From Gimesia sp. (lineage in GTDB: Bacteria > Planctomycetota > Planctomycetia > Planctomycetales > Planctomycetaceae), in the NCBI RefSeq assembly GCF_048262075.1, contig NZ_JBLXFK010000011.1:55920-119919 (forward strand): a DNA stretch of 64,000 bases. Direction: 5' to 3'. The position numbers and the translations under genes are program-made. Below the pieces are notes generated by a model. It saw only the letters and a list, made by a program, of their open reading frames with translations, did no database searches and was not told the DNA's origin. Below, in pieces: positions 18,473-28,466 of the stretch (position 1 is its first letter; every line of letters begins with the position of its first letter).

Positions 18473-19013
18473 GCCTTAAATTCAATCGTAAGTTTCCCAT
18501 ACCTCCTGTTTTATGCTGTCCAGAGAATCGCTACTAACGTTGATGGACAATGTTTCATGCATTGATCGTTGGTGACCCTGATTTTCGCCCCAAAAATATT
18601 GATTAATTTTTTAATCAGATTGCCCCGCGTCCCGCCTCTCAGTTGATCGGACAAGATCAGTATAAGGGTATGAAATGTAAGTACTTGCGCTTTGTTAAGT
18701 ATGACCTGATTTCACTTCTTCACTTCTGCGTTTTCCAAGCACCCCTACGATTAGCATATTTCGTCTCAACTTCACAATGCGATTATTCCGAAAGATCAGA
18801 ATAACCGCTTGTACCCGGATAATCGGTAGAGTTTTACATCCGACCGGGGATGAGCGAAAGAATAGAACAGGTTTCGCCTGCCTATTCGCTTCGAACGGTC
18901 TTGCACACAAAGGATCAGACATCCTGATTGTGAAAGACCGGGAGATGATGAGGAACGAAGTTGATCGTCTGGAATCGTAAGAGACGAGTTATACATCGAC
19001 GTTGGAGCATTCG

Positions 19014-22000
19014 ATGAAGAAATTAAGTGTCAGCCTGGCCTGCTTCTTTTTAGCCTCTCAGTACGTACTGGTGTCTGCCTTTGCAGATCCAGCGTCCCCT
19101 GAAGGTAATCAATCAGAGGGACAAGCGACGATTGGTGAGCCAGCAGGTTCTGCTATCGTAGGAAACGTTTCTTCGGGTGTGTTCAGGCATGATTTTATTC
19201 CTGCGAACACAGTCCAGAGAAATAATGTTCCTGGTTATACAACCATGAAGGAAGTGGGTTACCAGGATAACTTACAGGGATATGCTCCCTACAGATATCC
19301 TGATCCTCGCACCATGGAAGTCAACGAATTTGTCGATAACGGAGCCGGTTATCAGCCCATGGATGTGGATGCGTTCCATCCCCTCTTCCGCCTGGATAAA
19401 GGCATTGGTGGTGGTATTGGTTACGACGATGGTTATTCCAACTTGGGTGTCTTACTCCCGTTCACGATCAACCCTGAGCAAAGCATGCTCTTCCTTGATC
19501 TGCGGGCTATGGTCACCGACCAGGGAGCCGGCGGTGTTAACCTCGGGGCTGGCTGGCGGGCTTACAGCGACAATCTTGATAAGATTTTCACGGTAGCAGG
19601 CTGGTACGATTACGATGACGGACACTTCCAGGATTACCACCAGATCGGTTTGAGTGGTGAAGTCATTGGCCAGTATCTGACAACGCGCGTTAACGGTTAT
19701 TTTCCCATCAATAATAATGAGATCATTGTCTCTAACAACCTGTCAGGAAGTGCCTACTTCCAGTCAAATCGAATTTATCTGAACCGCACGCGACGGTCTG
19801 AATCTTCTTATGGTGGTGTCGACGCAGAAGTCGGTGGTCCGCTGCCTGTACTCGGAAAATTTGGTATCGACGCCTTTGTCGGCGGATACTATTACAATTC
19901 TGATCACGACAAGAGTGCCGCAGGTGCCAAGTTCCGTGCGGAAGCCAATATCAATGACTGGTGGCAGATGAGTGTCAGCTATGCCAAGGACTCCGTCTTC
20001 GGTTCCAACGCATGGATGAATGTGACGCTCTCGATTCCTGAAGGCCGATCTGACAAGTGGATGCGGCCCAAAACATTGCAACAGCGCATGTATCAGCCTA
20101 TGAATCGTAACTACCGCGTTGTTGCCAACGTGAAAGAAACGACAACAAATGAACTCGCTATCAATCCTGATGATGGCCTGCCTTATACCGTTGCACACAT
20201 TGATCCGGATTACGGTGCTGTCGGCGATGGTACTTATGAAACACCATTCGGTTCAGTCGCCTCCTACAACGCTTCACCACCAACTACCATGACAGATATC
20301 ATCTTCGTACAGGACGGTAACGAGCTGAACCTGGATGGCCAGATCACTCTGCTGGATAACGGTGGTGGAATCGGTGGAGTTACCGGTCAGCGTCTGTTGA
20401 GTGAAGCGGTAGAGCATAGCTTCAATACACTCGATACCAATGGAAATGTCGTCAGTCTTACTCTGCCTGGATACAACTCGTCAGCCAGCCGTCCTACACT
20501 CACTAACTTAAATGGTGCGGGTGGATTTGCCGGTGCGGTTGTCGTCGGTGAAGGTGGCGCCTGGGAGGTCTCAGGTTTCAATATCAGTGGGGTTCGGACA
20601 GCAGGTCTGGCACATAATGATGGTATCTACTCAGCGGGAACTCGCGGTTTCGATATCAACCGGAACACTTTTGTGCTGTTCAACAGTGGTGTTAATGTCA
20701 CCAACAATGCCAGTGAAACGGGAATTGTTTCCAGTAACACCTTTTCTGGCGATGGTGTGAATTCTTTTTACGGTGCCCAGATCACACAAACTTCAGGCAC
20801 AATGGAACTGTCGTTTAAGGATAACGCCGCGACGAATGTGCTTGGTGTTACTCCACCAGGTTCAGGAATCGGCTTTGAAATTAATGCGAATGCGGGAAGT
20901 ACCATTGATGGTGTCGGAACCGCCACTGATGGGGTGACAGCACTCGGTATTACCGGGAATACGGCCAACAGCAACGGGACCGGTATGATTATTACTGCCG
21001 ATGGCGCTTCCACGATCGATACTGATTTTTCCAACAACACCTTCAGTAATAATACAAATGCCACCACAAGTGGTCTGGTTGTCAATTCCGATGATAGTAC
21101 AGTCATCTTTCGCAGCTTCGATACGATCACAGCCAGCAACAATGCCGGAAATGGTATAGCCTTTAATACCACTAGAACAGGTGTCGGCGGAACAATATCT
21201 GCCCTCTCAGAAGACCTGAACCAGAACAATATTCTCGATCCGGGTGAAGATCTGAACGGGGATGGCGAACTCAATCTGGGTATGACCAGCATCAATGCCA
21301 GCAATAACGGTGTTGATGGTTTTGTAGCGACTTCCGATGGAGCCGGTTCAACCATCAATTTGAATCTTGGAAATGCCAATGCTACCACAAACATTTTTAG
21401 CAGCAACGGCCAGAACGGTATCAGCCTGAATACGTCAACCAATGGTGCGATTGGCGGCAGTATCGTCAATAACACTGCTTCTGCGAATGGTCAGGATGGT
21501 TTAGCCTTTACACTCACCACCGGTACGATTGATCTGACTGGCTTTGGTTCACCTTCCATCGGCAGTAACAGCCTCACAGGCAACACCCGCCACGGGATGA
21601 GCATTGTGAACAACACAGGCGGTGCCTTCACTACCTCGCTGATTTCTTCTAACGACTTCAGTAATAACACCGAAGCCGGGATGTTTATCGGGGGAGCTGC
21701 CCTGGGCGGAACCAACACTGCCGTCAACACGCTGGGCAGTATCGATTCCAATAATTTCGATCGGACGACGCTCGGCACATATGGTATCCAGTTTGATTCC
21801 AGCGATGTCCGAACGACAGCCACGATCACCAGCAACTCATTCATCGGACGTGCTCCCAACGCACCTGATGCTGGAGCCGGTCCTGGCGTCGGCGGTACGG
21901 TTACCGGTACGACCACCGTTGGTGGAAACGGTGGTGTGACCCTGACCTTTGGTAATCTGGCCTCCATTGATAACTCAGAGGTCAATATCTTCCAGAACAA

Positions 22001-23891
22001 CGGCGATGCTCATATCGGTATCGTGATGGAAGGCAATACGACCAATACTGTGAATGTTGACCAGCACGACTTTAACACCGCCGTAGATACCACTGTGAAC
22101 ACTGACTTCGACGGACAGGGCGTAGGGTTTATCCTGCGGGATACAGCAACTATGACAGGAATATTCCAGCGTAACACCTTCCAGAACAACGAGGCATCCG
22201 GCCTGTTCTTTAGTGTAACCGGTAATAATGGTGCCGACTTCGCTCAACTCAACAATATCTCTGTCGGTACTGGTACCGAACCATTCGGAAATACATTCAC
22301 CGGTAACGGCGGCAGTGGTCTGGAAGTTATTCGTACTGCCAACGGTGTCGTGAATAATTTCTCGGTCCTGTATAACACCTTTACTGCCAACACTCTGGAC
22401 GGGATCAGCCTGACCGCTGCGAATGCAGATCAGGTTGATACCTATACCGTCAACGATAACACCATTACAGGAAACCTTCAGAATGGTATTGATATCAGAG
22501 TGCAGGCCGATGCAGAGCTGAATGCGAATATGACACGCAATACGATTACCGGAAACCAGGCGAATGGTATCCGCACTACGGAACAGGCCAACGATCCTTC
22601 AGATAATCGTACTGTCTCAGGGAACTGGACTGCAAATACGATCACGGGCAATACTTTGAGTGGTATCAACCTCGATGCTCACTCAGATGGTCTGGTGATC
22701 GGGGATACGGCCAATTCTGCCCTGGGCAACGAAATTTCGAATAACGGTGATGATGGTCTGTCGCTCACAGGGCCTGCTACAGGAGCGGGGCTGACCATTG
22801 GATATAACATGATTTCTGAAAACACAGTCCATGGTATTGATATGGATGTGCGTGCCTCAAATATCACCAATATTGTGAATAACGATATTACTCTGAACGG
22901 TGGTGATGGTATTGAATTTACTAATGCCACGTCAGGGGGCTTTGCTCTGGTGGTCACGGGTAACACAATCGACTTCAACAATGGTCGTGGTTTCGACGTT
23001 CTGACTCGTCCAGGTTCACTGGGGGCAGCAAGCTACGATATTACCTTTAATAATAACATCGTGAATGCGAACCTTGAGGAAGGGGTGTATGTCGTCTACA
23101 CCGCTTCAAATACGCAGACACAGGATGTTGCTTCCACGGTGGCATTGAACAGTGATGGTAACCTGACACACGTAGTCTTCCTGGATATGGATATGGATAA
23201 TAACCAGATTCTGGCAAACGGATTTAACAGTGGGTTCTCTGCGACTGGCCTGGTGGTTCGTGTTGGTACAACCGATGGAGAGAATGGATCTCTGAATAAT
23301 TACGATGACGGTGGCTTTGCCAGCAATGGAGCGGGAGTCGCAAGCCGTTCCGGTGTTATCATGTCGGTAACGAATTCAACGCTGACAGGCAACTATGGTT
23401 CTGACGCGTTCTTCGAATCCTTCGTCTCCACAGTTGATCCCGTGGCGACAGCCGGAACTTGGGGGGCCACAAACGACCCAACCGCCATCACAGCATTTCA
23501 ATCAGACGCTCTCGCCCGTTTAGACCTGTTGTGGGATAATAACACCACAATCTCGGCTGATGTGAATAACATCGGTGCCGCTTACAATAATTCCGATACC
23601 TTTAAGTCGCGTTTGAATACTGTAGCTACTACGCCGGGGCCATTTACTTCAAATACACGACGTCGTAATGCTCAACGTCAGGCTGCCCGTATTCCGAACC
23701 TGATTGCTCCAGGGGCAGGTACCTTCCTCTACTCAGGTATCGGAGCCAGTACCTTCCGTGTTGACAGCTCAGGTGATACCGGACTCTTCTTTCTGGACGG
23801 AAATCCCTATACCACAACCGGAGATGCAAACGGTATCAACTATGGTGGTGCGATTACCGGCGAACTGCCATTCGGCTGGGGACAGTACTAA
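19014..23891 (+). CDS. Large surface protein: inverse-autotransporter-like beta-barrel plus Asn/Gly/Thr-rich beta-helix passenger
   Basis: GGAG 6 nt before ATG 19014; signal peptide; alternating-aromatic barrel segment (GVNLGAGWRAY, GWYDYD, TTRVNGYFP); about 1100 aa of N..G..G repeats. Confidence 0.75.
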   Translation: MKKLSVSLACFFLASQYVLVSAFADPASPEGNQSEGQATIGEPAGSAIVGNVSSGVFRHDFIPANTVQRNNVPGYTTMKEVGYQDNLQGYAPYRYPDPRTMEVNEFVDNGAGYQPMDVDAFHPLFRLDKGIGGGIGYDDGYSNLGVLLPFTINPEQSMLFLDLRAMVTDQGAGGVNLGAGWRAYSDNLDKIFTVAGWYDYDDGHFQDYHQIGLSGEVIGQYLTTRVNGYFPINNNEIIVSNNLSGSAYFQSNRIYLNRTRRSESSYGGVDAEVGGPLPVLGKFGIDAFVGGYYYNSDHDKSAAGAKFRAEANINDWWQMSVSYAKDSVFGSNAWMNVTLSIPEGRSDKWMRPKTLQQRMYQPMNRNYRVVANVKETTTNELAINPDDGLPYTVAHIDPDYGAVGDGTYETPFGSVASYNASPPTTMTDIIFVQDGNELNLDGQITLLDNGGGIGGVTGQRLLSEAVEHSFNTLDTNGNVVSLTLPGYNSSASRPTLTNLNGAGGFAGAVVVGEGGAWEVSGFNISGVRTAGLAHNDGIYSAGTRGFDINRNTFVLFNSGVNVTNNASETGIVSSNTFSGDGVNSFYGAQITQTSGTMELSFKDNAATNVLGVTPPGSGIGFEINANAGSTIDGVGTATDGVTALGITGNTANSNGTGMIITADGASTIDTDFSNNTFSNNTNATTSGLVVNSDDSTVIFRSFDTITASNNAGNGIAFNTTRTGVGGTISALSEDLNQNNILDPGEDLNGDGELNLGMTSINASNNGVDGFVATSDGAGSTINLNLGNANATTNIFSSNGQNGISLNTSTNGAIGGSIVNNTASANGQDGLAFTLTTGTIDLTGFGSPSIGSNSLTGNTRHGMSIVNNTGGAFTTSLISSNDFSNNTEAGMFIGGAALGGTNTAVNTLGSIDSNNFDRTTLGTYGIQFDSSDVRTTATITSNSFIGRAPNAPDAGAGPGVGGTVTGTTTVGGNGGVTLTFGNLASIDNSEVNIFQNNGDAHIGIVMEGNTTNTVNVDQHDFNTAVDTTVNTDFDGQGVGFILRDTATMTGIFQRNTFQNNEASGLFFSVTGNNGADFAQLNNISVGTGTEPFGNTFTGNGGSGLEVIRTANGVVNNFSVLYNTFTANTLDGISLTAANADQVDTYTVNDNTITGNLQNGIDIRVQADAELNANMTRNTITGNQANGIRTTEQANDPSDNRTVSGNWTANTITGNTLSGINLDAHSDGLVIGDTANSALGNEISNNGDDGLSLTGPATGAGLTIGYNMISENTVHGIDMDVRASNITNIVNNDITLNGGDGIEFTNATSGGFALVVTGNTIDFNNGRGFDVLTRPGSLGAASYDITFNNNIVNANLEEGVYVVYTASNTQTQDVASTVALNSDGNLTHVVFLDMDMDNNQILANGFNSGFSATGLVVRVGTTDGENGSLNNYDDGGFASNGAGVASRSGVIMSVTNSTLTGNYGSDAFFESFVSTVDPVATAGTWGATNDPTAITAFQSDALARLDLLWDNNTTISADVNNIGAAYNNSDTFKSRLNTVATTPGPFTSNTRRRNAQRQAARIPNLIAPGAGTFLYSGIGASTFRVDSSGDTGLFFLDGNPYTTTGDANGINYGGAITGELPFGWGQY

Positions 23892-23929
23892 GATCACGAC
23901 TCTGGTCTGACCTGAGTATCAGTGAAAAC

Positions 23930-23969
23930 AAAAAACACCATCCTGAGAAATCGGGATGGTGTTTTTTTT
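23930..23969. terminator. Intrinsic terminator, likely bidirectional
   Basis: AAAAAACACCATCCTGA-GAAA-TCGGGATGGTGTTTTTTTT between convergent genes. Confidence 0.9.
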
Positions 23970-23996
23970 ATGGTGTCAGATCAACTCAGACCAATA

Positions 23997-25196
23997 TTAA
24001 GCTGGTGACAGAAACTGTTCGATACGATCCAGGCCGGCTTCCAGTGTTTTCAAATCTGTGGCAAATGACAGACGGACATAACCGGGTGCCCCAAAGGCAT
24101 CGCCGGTCACCAAAGCCACATGTGCTTCTTCCAGTAATGCGGTACAGAACTCGCTGGAGTCGGTGACCACTTTGCCGCCTCCCAGTGGTTTGTTGAAGTG
24201 GGCACTCACATTGAAGAAGGCGTAAAACGCACCACCTGGTTCGGCGAAGCTGATCTCCGGAAACTTTCGCAGACGTTCGAGGACATAGGCGCGACGTTCT
24301 TTGAATGCAGTCAGCATGTCCGCCACGCTTTCCTGGGGACCGCTTAAAGCGGCAATCGTCGCGGCCTGACTGATACTGCAGGGATTGGAGGTTTCCTGGC
24401 TCTGCAGTTTGGTCATGGCGGCGGTTAACTCAGGGCTGGCCAGTGTCCAGCCAATCCGCCAGCCGGTCATCGCATAAGCTTTACTGACACCACTGACAAT
24501 AATCGTTCGCTCAGCCACTTCCGGGCCGAAGGAAGCGAAGCTGCGAAATTCAGAACCTTCATAAATCAGTTTTTCATAGATCTCGTCCGAGAGCACCGCG
24601 ACATCTTTTTCCACGGCGACTTTCGCCAGCGCTTCGAGTGCTTCGACCGGGTAGGCGGCACCCGTCGGGTTACAGGGGTTATTGAGCATCATCAGTTTGG
24701 TTTTCGGGGTGATGGCCGCAGCGAACTGTTCCGCGTTCATGCAGAAGCCGCTCTCTTCCGAAGTTTCCACCATTACGGGAGTCGCGCCGGTCAGTTCGAC
24801 CAGGGCACTGTAGCTGACCCAATAGGGAGTCGGGATGATGACTTCATCACCGGGACCACATAAAGCGGTCAGCACATTATGAATTGAATGTTTGGCACCA
24901 TTCGAAACGACCACCTGGTTCGGCTGATAACTCAATCCATAATCACGCTGGTAAGCATCGCAGATCGCCTGTTTGACTTCGAGGGTACCCGCTGCCGGGG
25001 TGTAATGGGTCTGGCCGGCATCCATGGCGTCTTTAGCCGCCTGGCAGATATGAGCGGGGGTGGTGAAGTCTGGCTCTCCCAGGGTGAACTCGTAGACTTT
25101 GACGCCGGTACTTTTTAATTCCTTGGCTTTTGCTGCAGCGGCAATGGTCGCGGAGGGTTTGAGTTTCTGAACAGTAGCTGAGAGCTGCATCGACAT
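23997..25196 (-). CDS. PLP-dependent class I/II (aspartate) aminotransferase
   Basis: GEPDFTTP, LNNPCNPTG, SDEIY, SKAYAMTGWRIG; start trimmed to MSMQLS. Confidence 0.92.
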   Translation of the reverse strand: MSMQLSATVQKLKPSATIAAAAKAKELKSTGVKVYEFTLGEPDFTTPAHICQAAKDAMDAGQTHYTPAAGTLEVKQAICDAYQRDYGLSYQPNQVVVSNGAKHSIHNVLTALCGPGDEVIIPTPYWVSYSALVELTGATPVMVETSEESGFCMNAEQFAAAITPKTKLMMLNNPCNPTGAAYPVEALEALAKVAVEKDVAVLSDEIYEKLIYEGSEFRSFASFGPEVAERTIIVSGVSKAYAMTGWRIGWTLASPELTAAMTKLQSQETSNPCSISQAATIAALSGPQESVADMLTAFKERRAYVLERLRKFPEISFAEPGGAFYAFFNVSAHFNKPLGGGKVVTDSSEFCTALLEEAHVALVTGDAFGAPGYVRLSFATDLKTLEAGLDRIEQFLSPA

Positions 25197-25433
25197 AATG
25201 GTGATCTTTGTTCTCTGAATGAATAAAAGTTGGTGGATCTGAAAACCGGGATCAGATCTCGGGAGTTCCCCACGCAGACACAGGGGAAGCAAAGATGTTC
25301 GTAAACACCTGATTCTTTTCACCTGTGAGGACAGCGTCAAGTCTCGGGTGGTATTGTTTGCAAATCGAACAGGAATCCCACCTGAAATCGGATCAGGCAG
25401 GATAGAGGCAGTGCACAGCGGATTCGTCGGTGT

Positions 25434-26252
25434 TCAGCGTGATGCCGGCAGTTCGCTCTCTGCATTTTTCCCCACTTCGTGGGCCGACATGTTCACCTGA
25501 ATCAGTGATGTCTGTTTGAAGTCAGTACGGGGCAGAGTTCCTCCCTTGGTTTCGCGTGTGATGACCACAGACCATTTGGCCACACCGAACGGGATTTCTG
25601 AGGTCCGCCAGATTTTGCCCTCATTTTTTGAGCGGGTCGTGGTGCTTTCACTGAGGAAGCTCCCCTGGTATTCCCGCGCTGAGACGGTGGCAGCCGGTGT
25701 TTCCACACTGGCAGGCTCTCCTACGGAATCCCATTCAGTATAGTGTCCCAGCATGGTGATCATGGGGTAGAATCGCAGAACGCTTGTTTTCAGTGGCTCA
25801 ACAGGCCGATCACCTGTTTTTCGATAGCCGCGAACGATAGGTAGAAACGTGATGGGCAGTTCATTTTTACCAATCAGCGCTTTAATTTGACCGTTGATTG
25901 CTTTTTCAGGAACCAGAACCTTGTAAATGCGAGGGCCTGAAACCCCAGGGGCCACCCCTGATTCCGTTGGTTTACCCGTGATGCATTTGAACTCCAGCCA
26001 ACGACAGGCGGTCTGTGTGCCTTCAAACTCGGCCATTTCAGAGCCCACAGAACTGATGACCAGATGCCGCGTCCATTGCAGTTTGATGTTCAAATCGTTG
26101 GATTCCGGTCCCGGCATCTCTTTTTCATAAGTTCCTTCAAAACGAACCCAGGAACCATCGGCGGGCAGTTCCCAGATCAGCCCCTGGGCAGACAGGGAAC
26201 CCGAGAAGGAAACAACGCAGATCAGTGACAGAATAAAAGTGCGTACAGACAT
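25434..26252 (-). CDS. Secreted hypothetical protein
   Basis: Signal peptide MSVRTFILSLICVVSFSGSLSA from ATG 26252; no recognised family. Confidence 0.65.
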   Translation of the reverse strand: MSVRTFILSLICVVSFSGSLSAQGLIWELPADGSWVRFEGTYEKEMPGPESNDLNIKLQWTRHLVISSVGSEMAEFEGTQTACRWLEFKCITGKPTESGVAPGVSGPRIYKVLVPEKAINGQIKALIGKNELPITFLPIVRGYRKTGDRPVEPLKTSVLRFYPMITMLGHYTEWDSVGEPASVETPAATVSAREYQGSFLSESTTTRSKNEGKIWRTSEIPFGVAKWSVVITRETKGGTLPRTDFKQTSLIQVNMSAHEVGKNAESELPASR

Positions 26253-26573
26253 GTTTGATAAACCACAGTGAGTACAGGGAACGAAGCAGTGACCAGAGAT
26301 CACGCGAGAAACCAGCCGTTCCAGTGTGACAAATGAAGCATCCTCTGACAACACTTTTTGGTTTTTCCCTCAGGAATTTTCTGAAGCAAACGCATTTCAG
26401 TGCGTATAACGGGAGCATCAGTCAACTCTTTCTTGACCGTAGCCCGTCGTACCACTTAGACTGCTTATAGCAGTTAATACGAATTTAACGTTTTCCAGAG
26501 TGATCTCTTCTGCTGCATTACAACGGTTCTGGCTCTGCAAACACTACAAACGTCCCTGTTCTGGAGATTTCTG

Positions 26574-28382
26574 ATGTCAATGACTGTTCATAAAAATCGG
26601 TGGTTCCTCGTTGCGCTGCTTCTGGGGTGTACGCTGATCCTGATGCCAAATCCTGTTTCTGCTGCAGAAGAGGAAGCCAAGCCGACCCGTGAAAACTGGG
26701 CACACATGGTGATTAAGGGGTCCTATCCCGAAGGTCCCCAGATGCCCGGCCTGTTTGGCGATGTCACCGAGTCACTCTCCAGGGTGGTTTCGCGGCTGGA
26801 GAAGGCGGCTGAAGACAAATCACTGACCGGCGTCGTACTGCATTTCAAAGGCACCGAACTCGGCTGGGCCAAGTTGAATGAACTGAGACAGGCGATTCAG
26901 AAAGTCCGCCAGAGCGACAAGAAGGTCTTTGCCTGGATTGAATCGGGGATGACCAAAGATTATCTGATTGCTTCTGCCTGTGACCAGATCGTGATGCCCG
27001 AGTCGGCTTCACTGATTCTGCTGGGTCTGCGTGCAGAGGTTAGTTTTTATAAGAATCTGTTCGATATACTGGATATCAAGCCTGATATCCTGCGTGTTGG
27101 AAAATATAAGTCGGCTGCAGAACCTTATACGCGTACGGAGATGAGCGAGGCATTTCGTGAAGAAATGGAAGCACTGCTCGATAATTATTTTGGACAGATT
27201 ACCAATATGATTTCCCAATCCCGGGGAATGTCAGCCGAGAAAGTGGAAGCGGCCATCAACGGTGGTCCGTATATGGCAGCGGAAGCAAAGAAACTGGGAT
27301 TGATCGACCATATTGCCTATGAAGATCAACTCCCCAAACTGCTCACAGGGGAGAAGAGTAAAAACGAAGTCAAGCTGATCAAAAAATATGCGAAAAAACG
27401 GGCCGACACCGATTTCTCCGGAATCGCCGGGTTGATCAAACTGATGGACCTGCTGGCAGGCATTGATTCCTCACAACGGATCGGTTCCGGTCCGCGGATT
27501 GCCGTCATTTATGCTACGGGGGCGATCATGTCCGGTTCTTCTGCCCAGGGAAGTCTGCTGGGTGGCAACGTCCTGGGCTCAGACACCTTTATCAAGGCAG
27601 TTAAAAAAGCAGCCGATGATGATCAGGTCAAAGCGATCGTGGTACGTGTCAACAGCCCGGGAGGCAGCGCCCTCGCCAGTGATCTGATGTGGCGTGCACT
27701 CGAAGAAGCCGGGAAGCCGGTTGTCGTCAGCATGGGCGATGTTGCCGCCAGTGGTGGTTACTACATTTCCATGGGCGCAGAACGCATTTTTGCTGAGCCG
27801 GGCACTCTGACCGGTTCGATTGGTGTCGTGGGCGGCAAGCTGGCGATTGAAGGTCTCTACAAGAAAATCGGGATTACCACCAGTGTGATTTCGCGAGGCA
27901 GCAACAGTGGAACCTTCAGCCCGCTGAATGGTTTTACGGAATCGGAACGCGTCGCCGTCACAGGCATGCTGAACGCTATTTACAAACAGTTTACCGAAAA
28001 AGCTGCCGCCGGACGCAAAATGGAGTACGACAAACTGGAAGCACTGGCCCGTGGTCGGGTCTATACCGGGGAGATGGCGTTAAAACTCGGGTTAGTGGAC
28101 CAGTTGGGAACACTGGACCAAGCCATCGATCATGCCCGCAAACTGGGGAAAATCAAAGAGGGCGAAAAGTTTGAAAAACTGATTCTCCCTCGACCGACCA
28201 GCCCGTTCGAACAGTTGTTTGGCCCCGTCGATGGCGATACTCAACAGCATCAACAGATCTCGCGAATGCTGGATTCCATTGCCCCGGGGCTGGCCGAACA
28301 GGTGAAAAAAATGGACCTGATCAATTTACTGGCACGGGAAAAGTCACTCACAATTATGCCATTTGAGATTCGCGTCCAGTAA
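26574..28382 (+). CDS. sppA: Signal peptide peptidase SppA (67K type, S49)
   Basis: Two S49 domains; GKYKSAAE (Lys), RVNSPGGSALAS, AASGGYYI (Ser), TGSIGV, GRVYTG. Confidence 0.93.
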   Translation: MSMTVHKNRWFLVALLLGCTLILMPNPVSAAEEEAKPTRENWAHMVIKGSYPEGPQMPGLFGDVTESLSRVVSRLEKAAEDKSLTGVVLHFKGTELGWAKLNELRQAIQKVRQSDKKVFAWIESGMTKDYLIASACDQIVMPESASLILLGLRAEVSFYKNLFDILDIKPDILRVGKYKSAAEPYTRTEMSEAFREEMEALLDNYFGQITNMISQSRGMSAEKVEAAINGGPYMAAEAKKLGLIDHIAYEDQLPKLLTGEKSKNEVKLIKKYAKKRADTDFSGIAGLIKLMDLLAGIDSSQRIGSGPRIAVIYATGAIMSGSSAQGSLLGGNVLGSDTFIKAVKKAADDDQVKAIVVRVNSPGGSALASDLMWRALEEAGKPVVVSMGDVAASGGYYISMGAERIFAEPGTLTGSIGVVGGKLAIEGLYKKIGITTSVISRGSNSGTFSPLNGFTESERVAVTGMLNAIYKQFTEKAAAGRKMEYDKLEALARGRVYTGEMALKLGLVDQLGTLDQAIDHARKLGKIKEGEKFEKLILPRPTSPFEQLFGPVDGDTQQHQQISRMLDSIAPGLAEQVKKMDLINLLAREKSLTIMPFEIRVQ

Positions 28383-28466
28383 TGATTCTGGTTATGCTGA
28401 TCGAAAAAAACAGGCATACATTGAACATCAATACGACGCAGTTTTGAAATACAGCAAGGAGACAGG

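Noticed and set aside
20387-22981. Long antisense ORFs (up to 235 aa) inside the surface-protein gene
   Set aside because: Shadow frames of a codon-biased Asn/Gly/Thr-rich gene; no RBS or family motifs.
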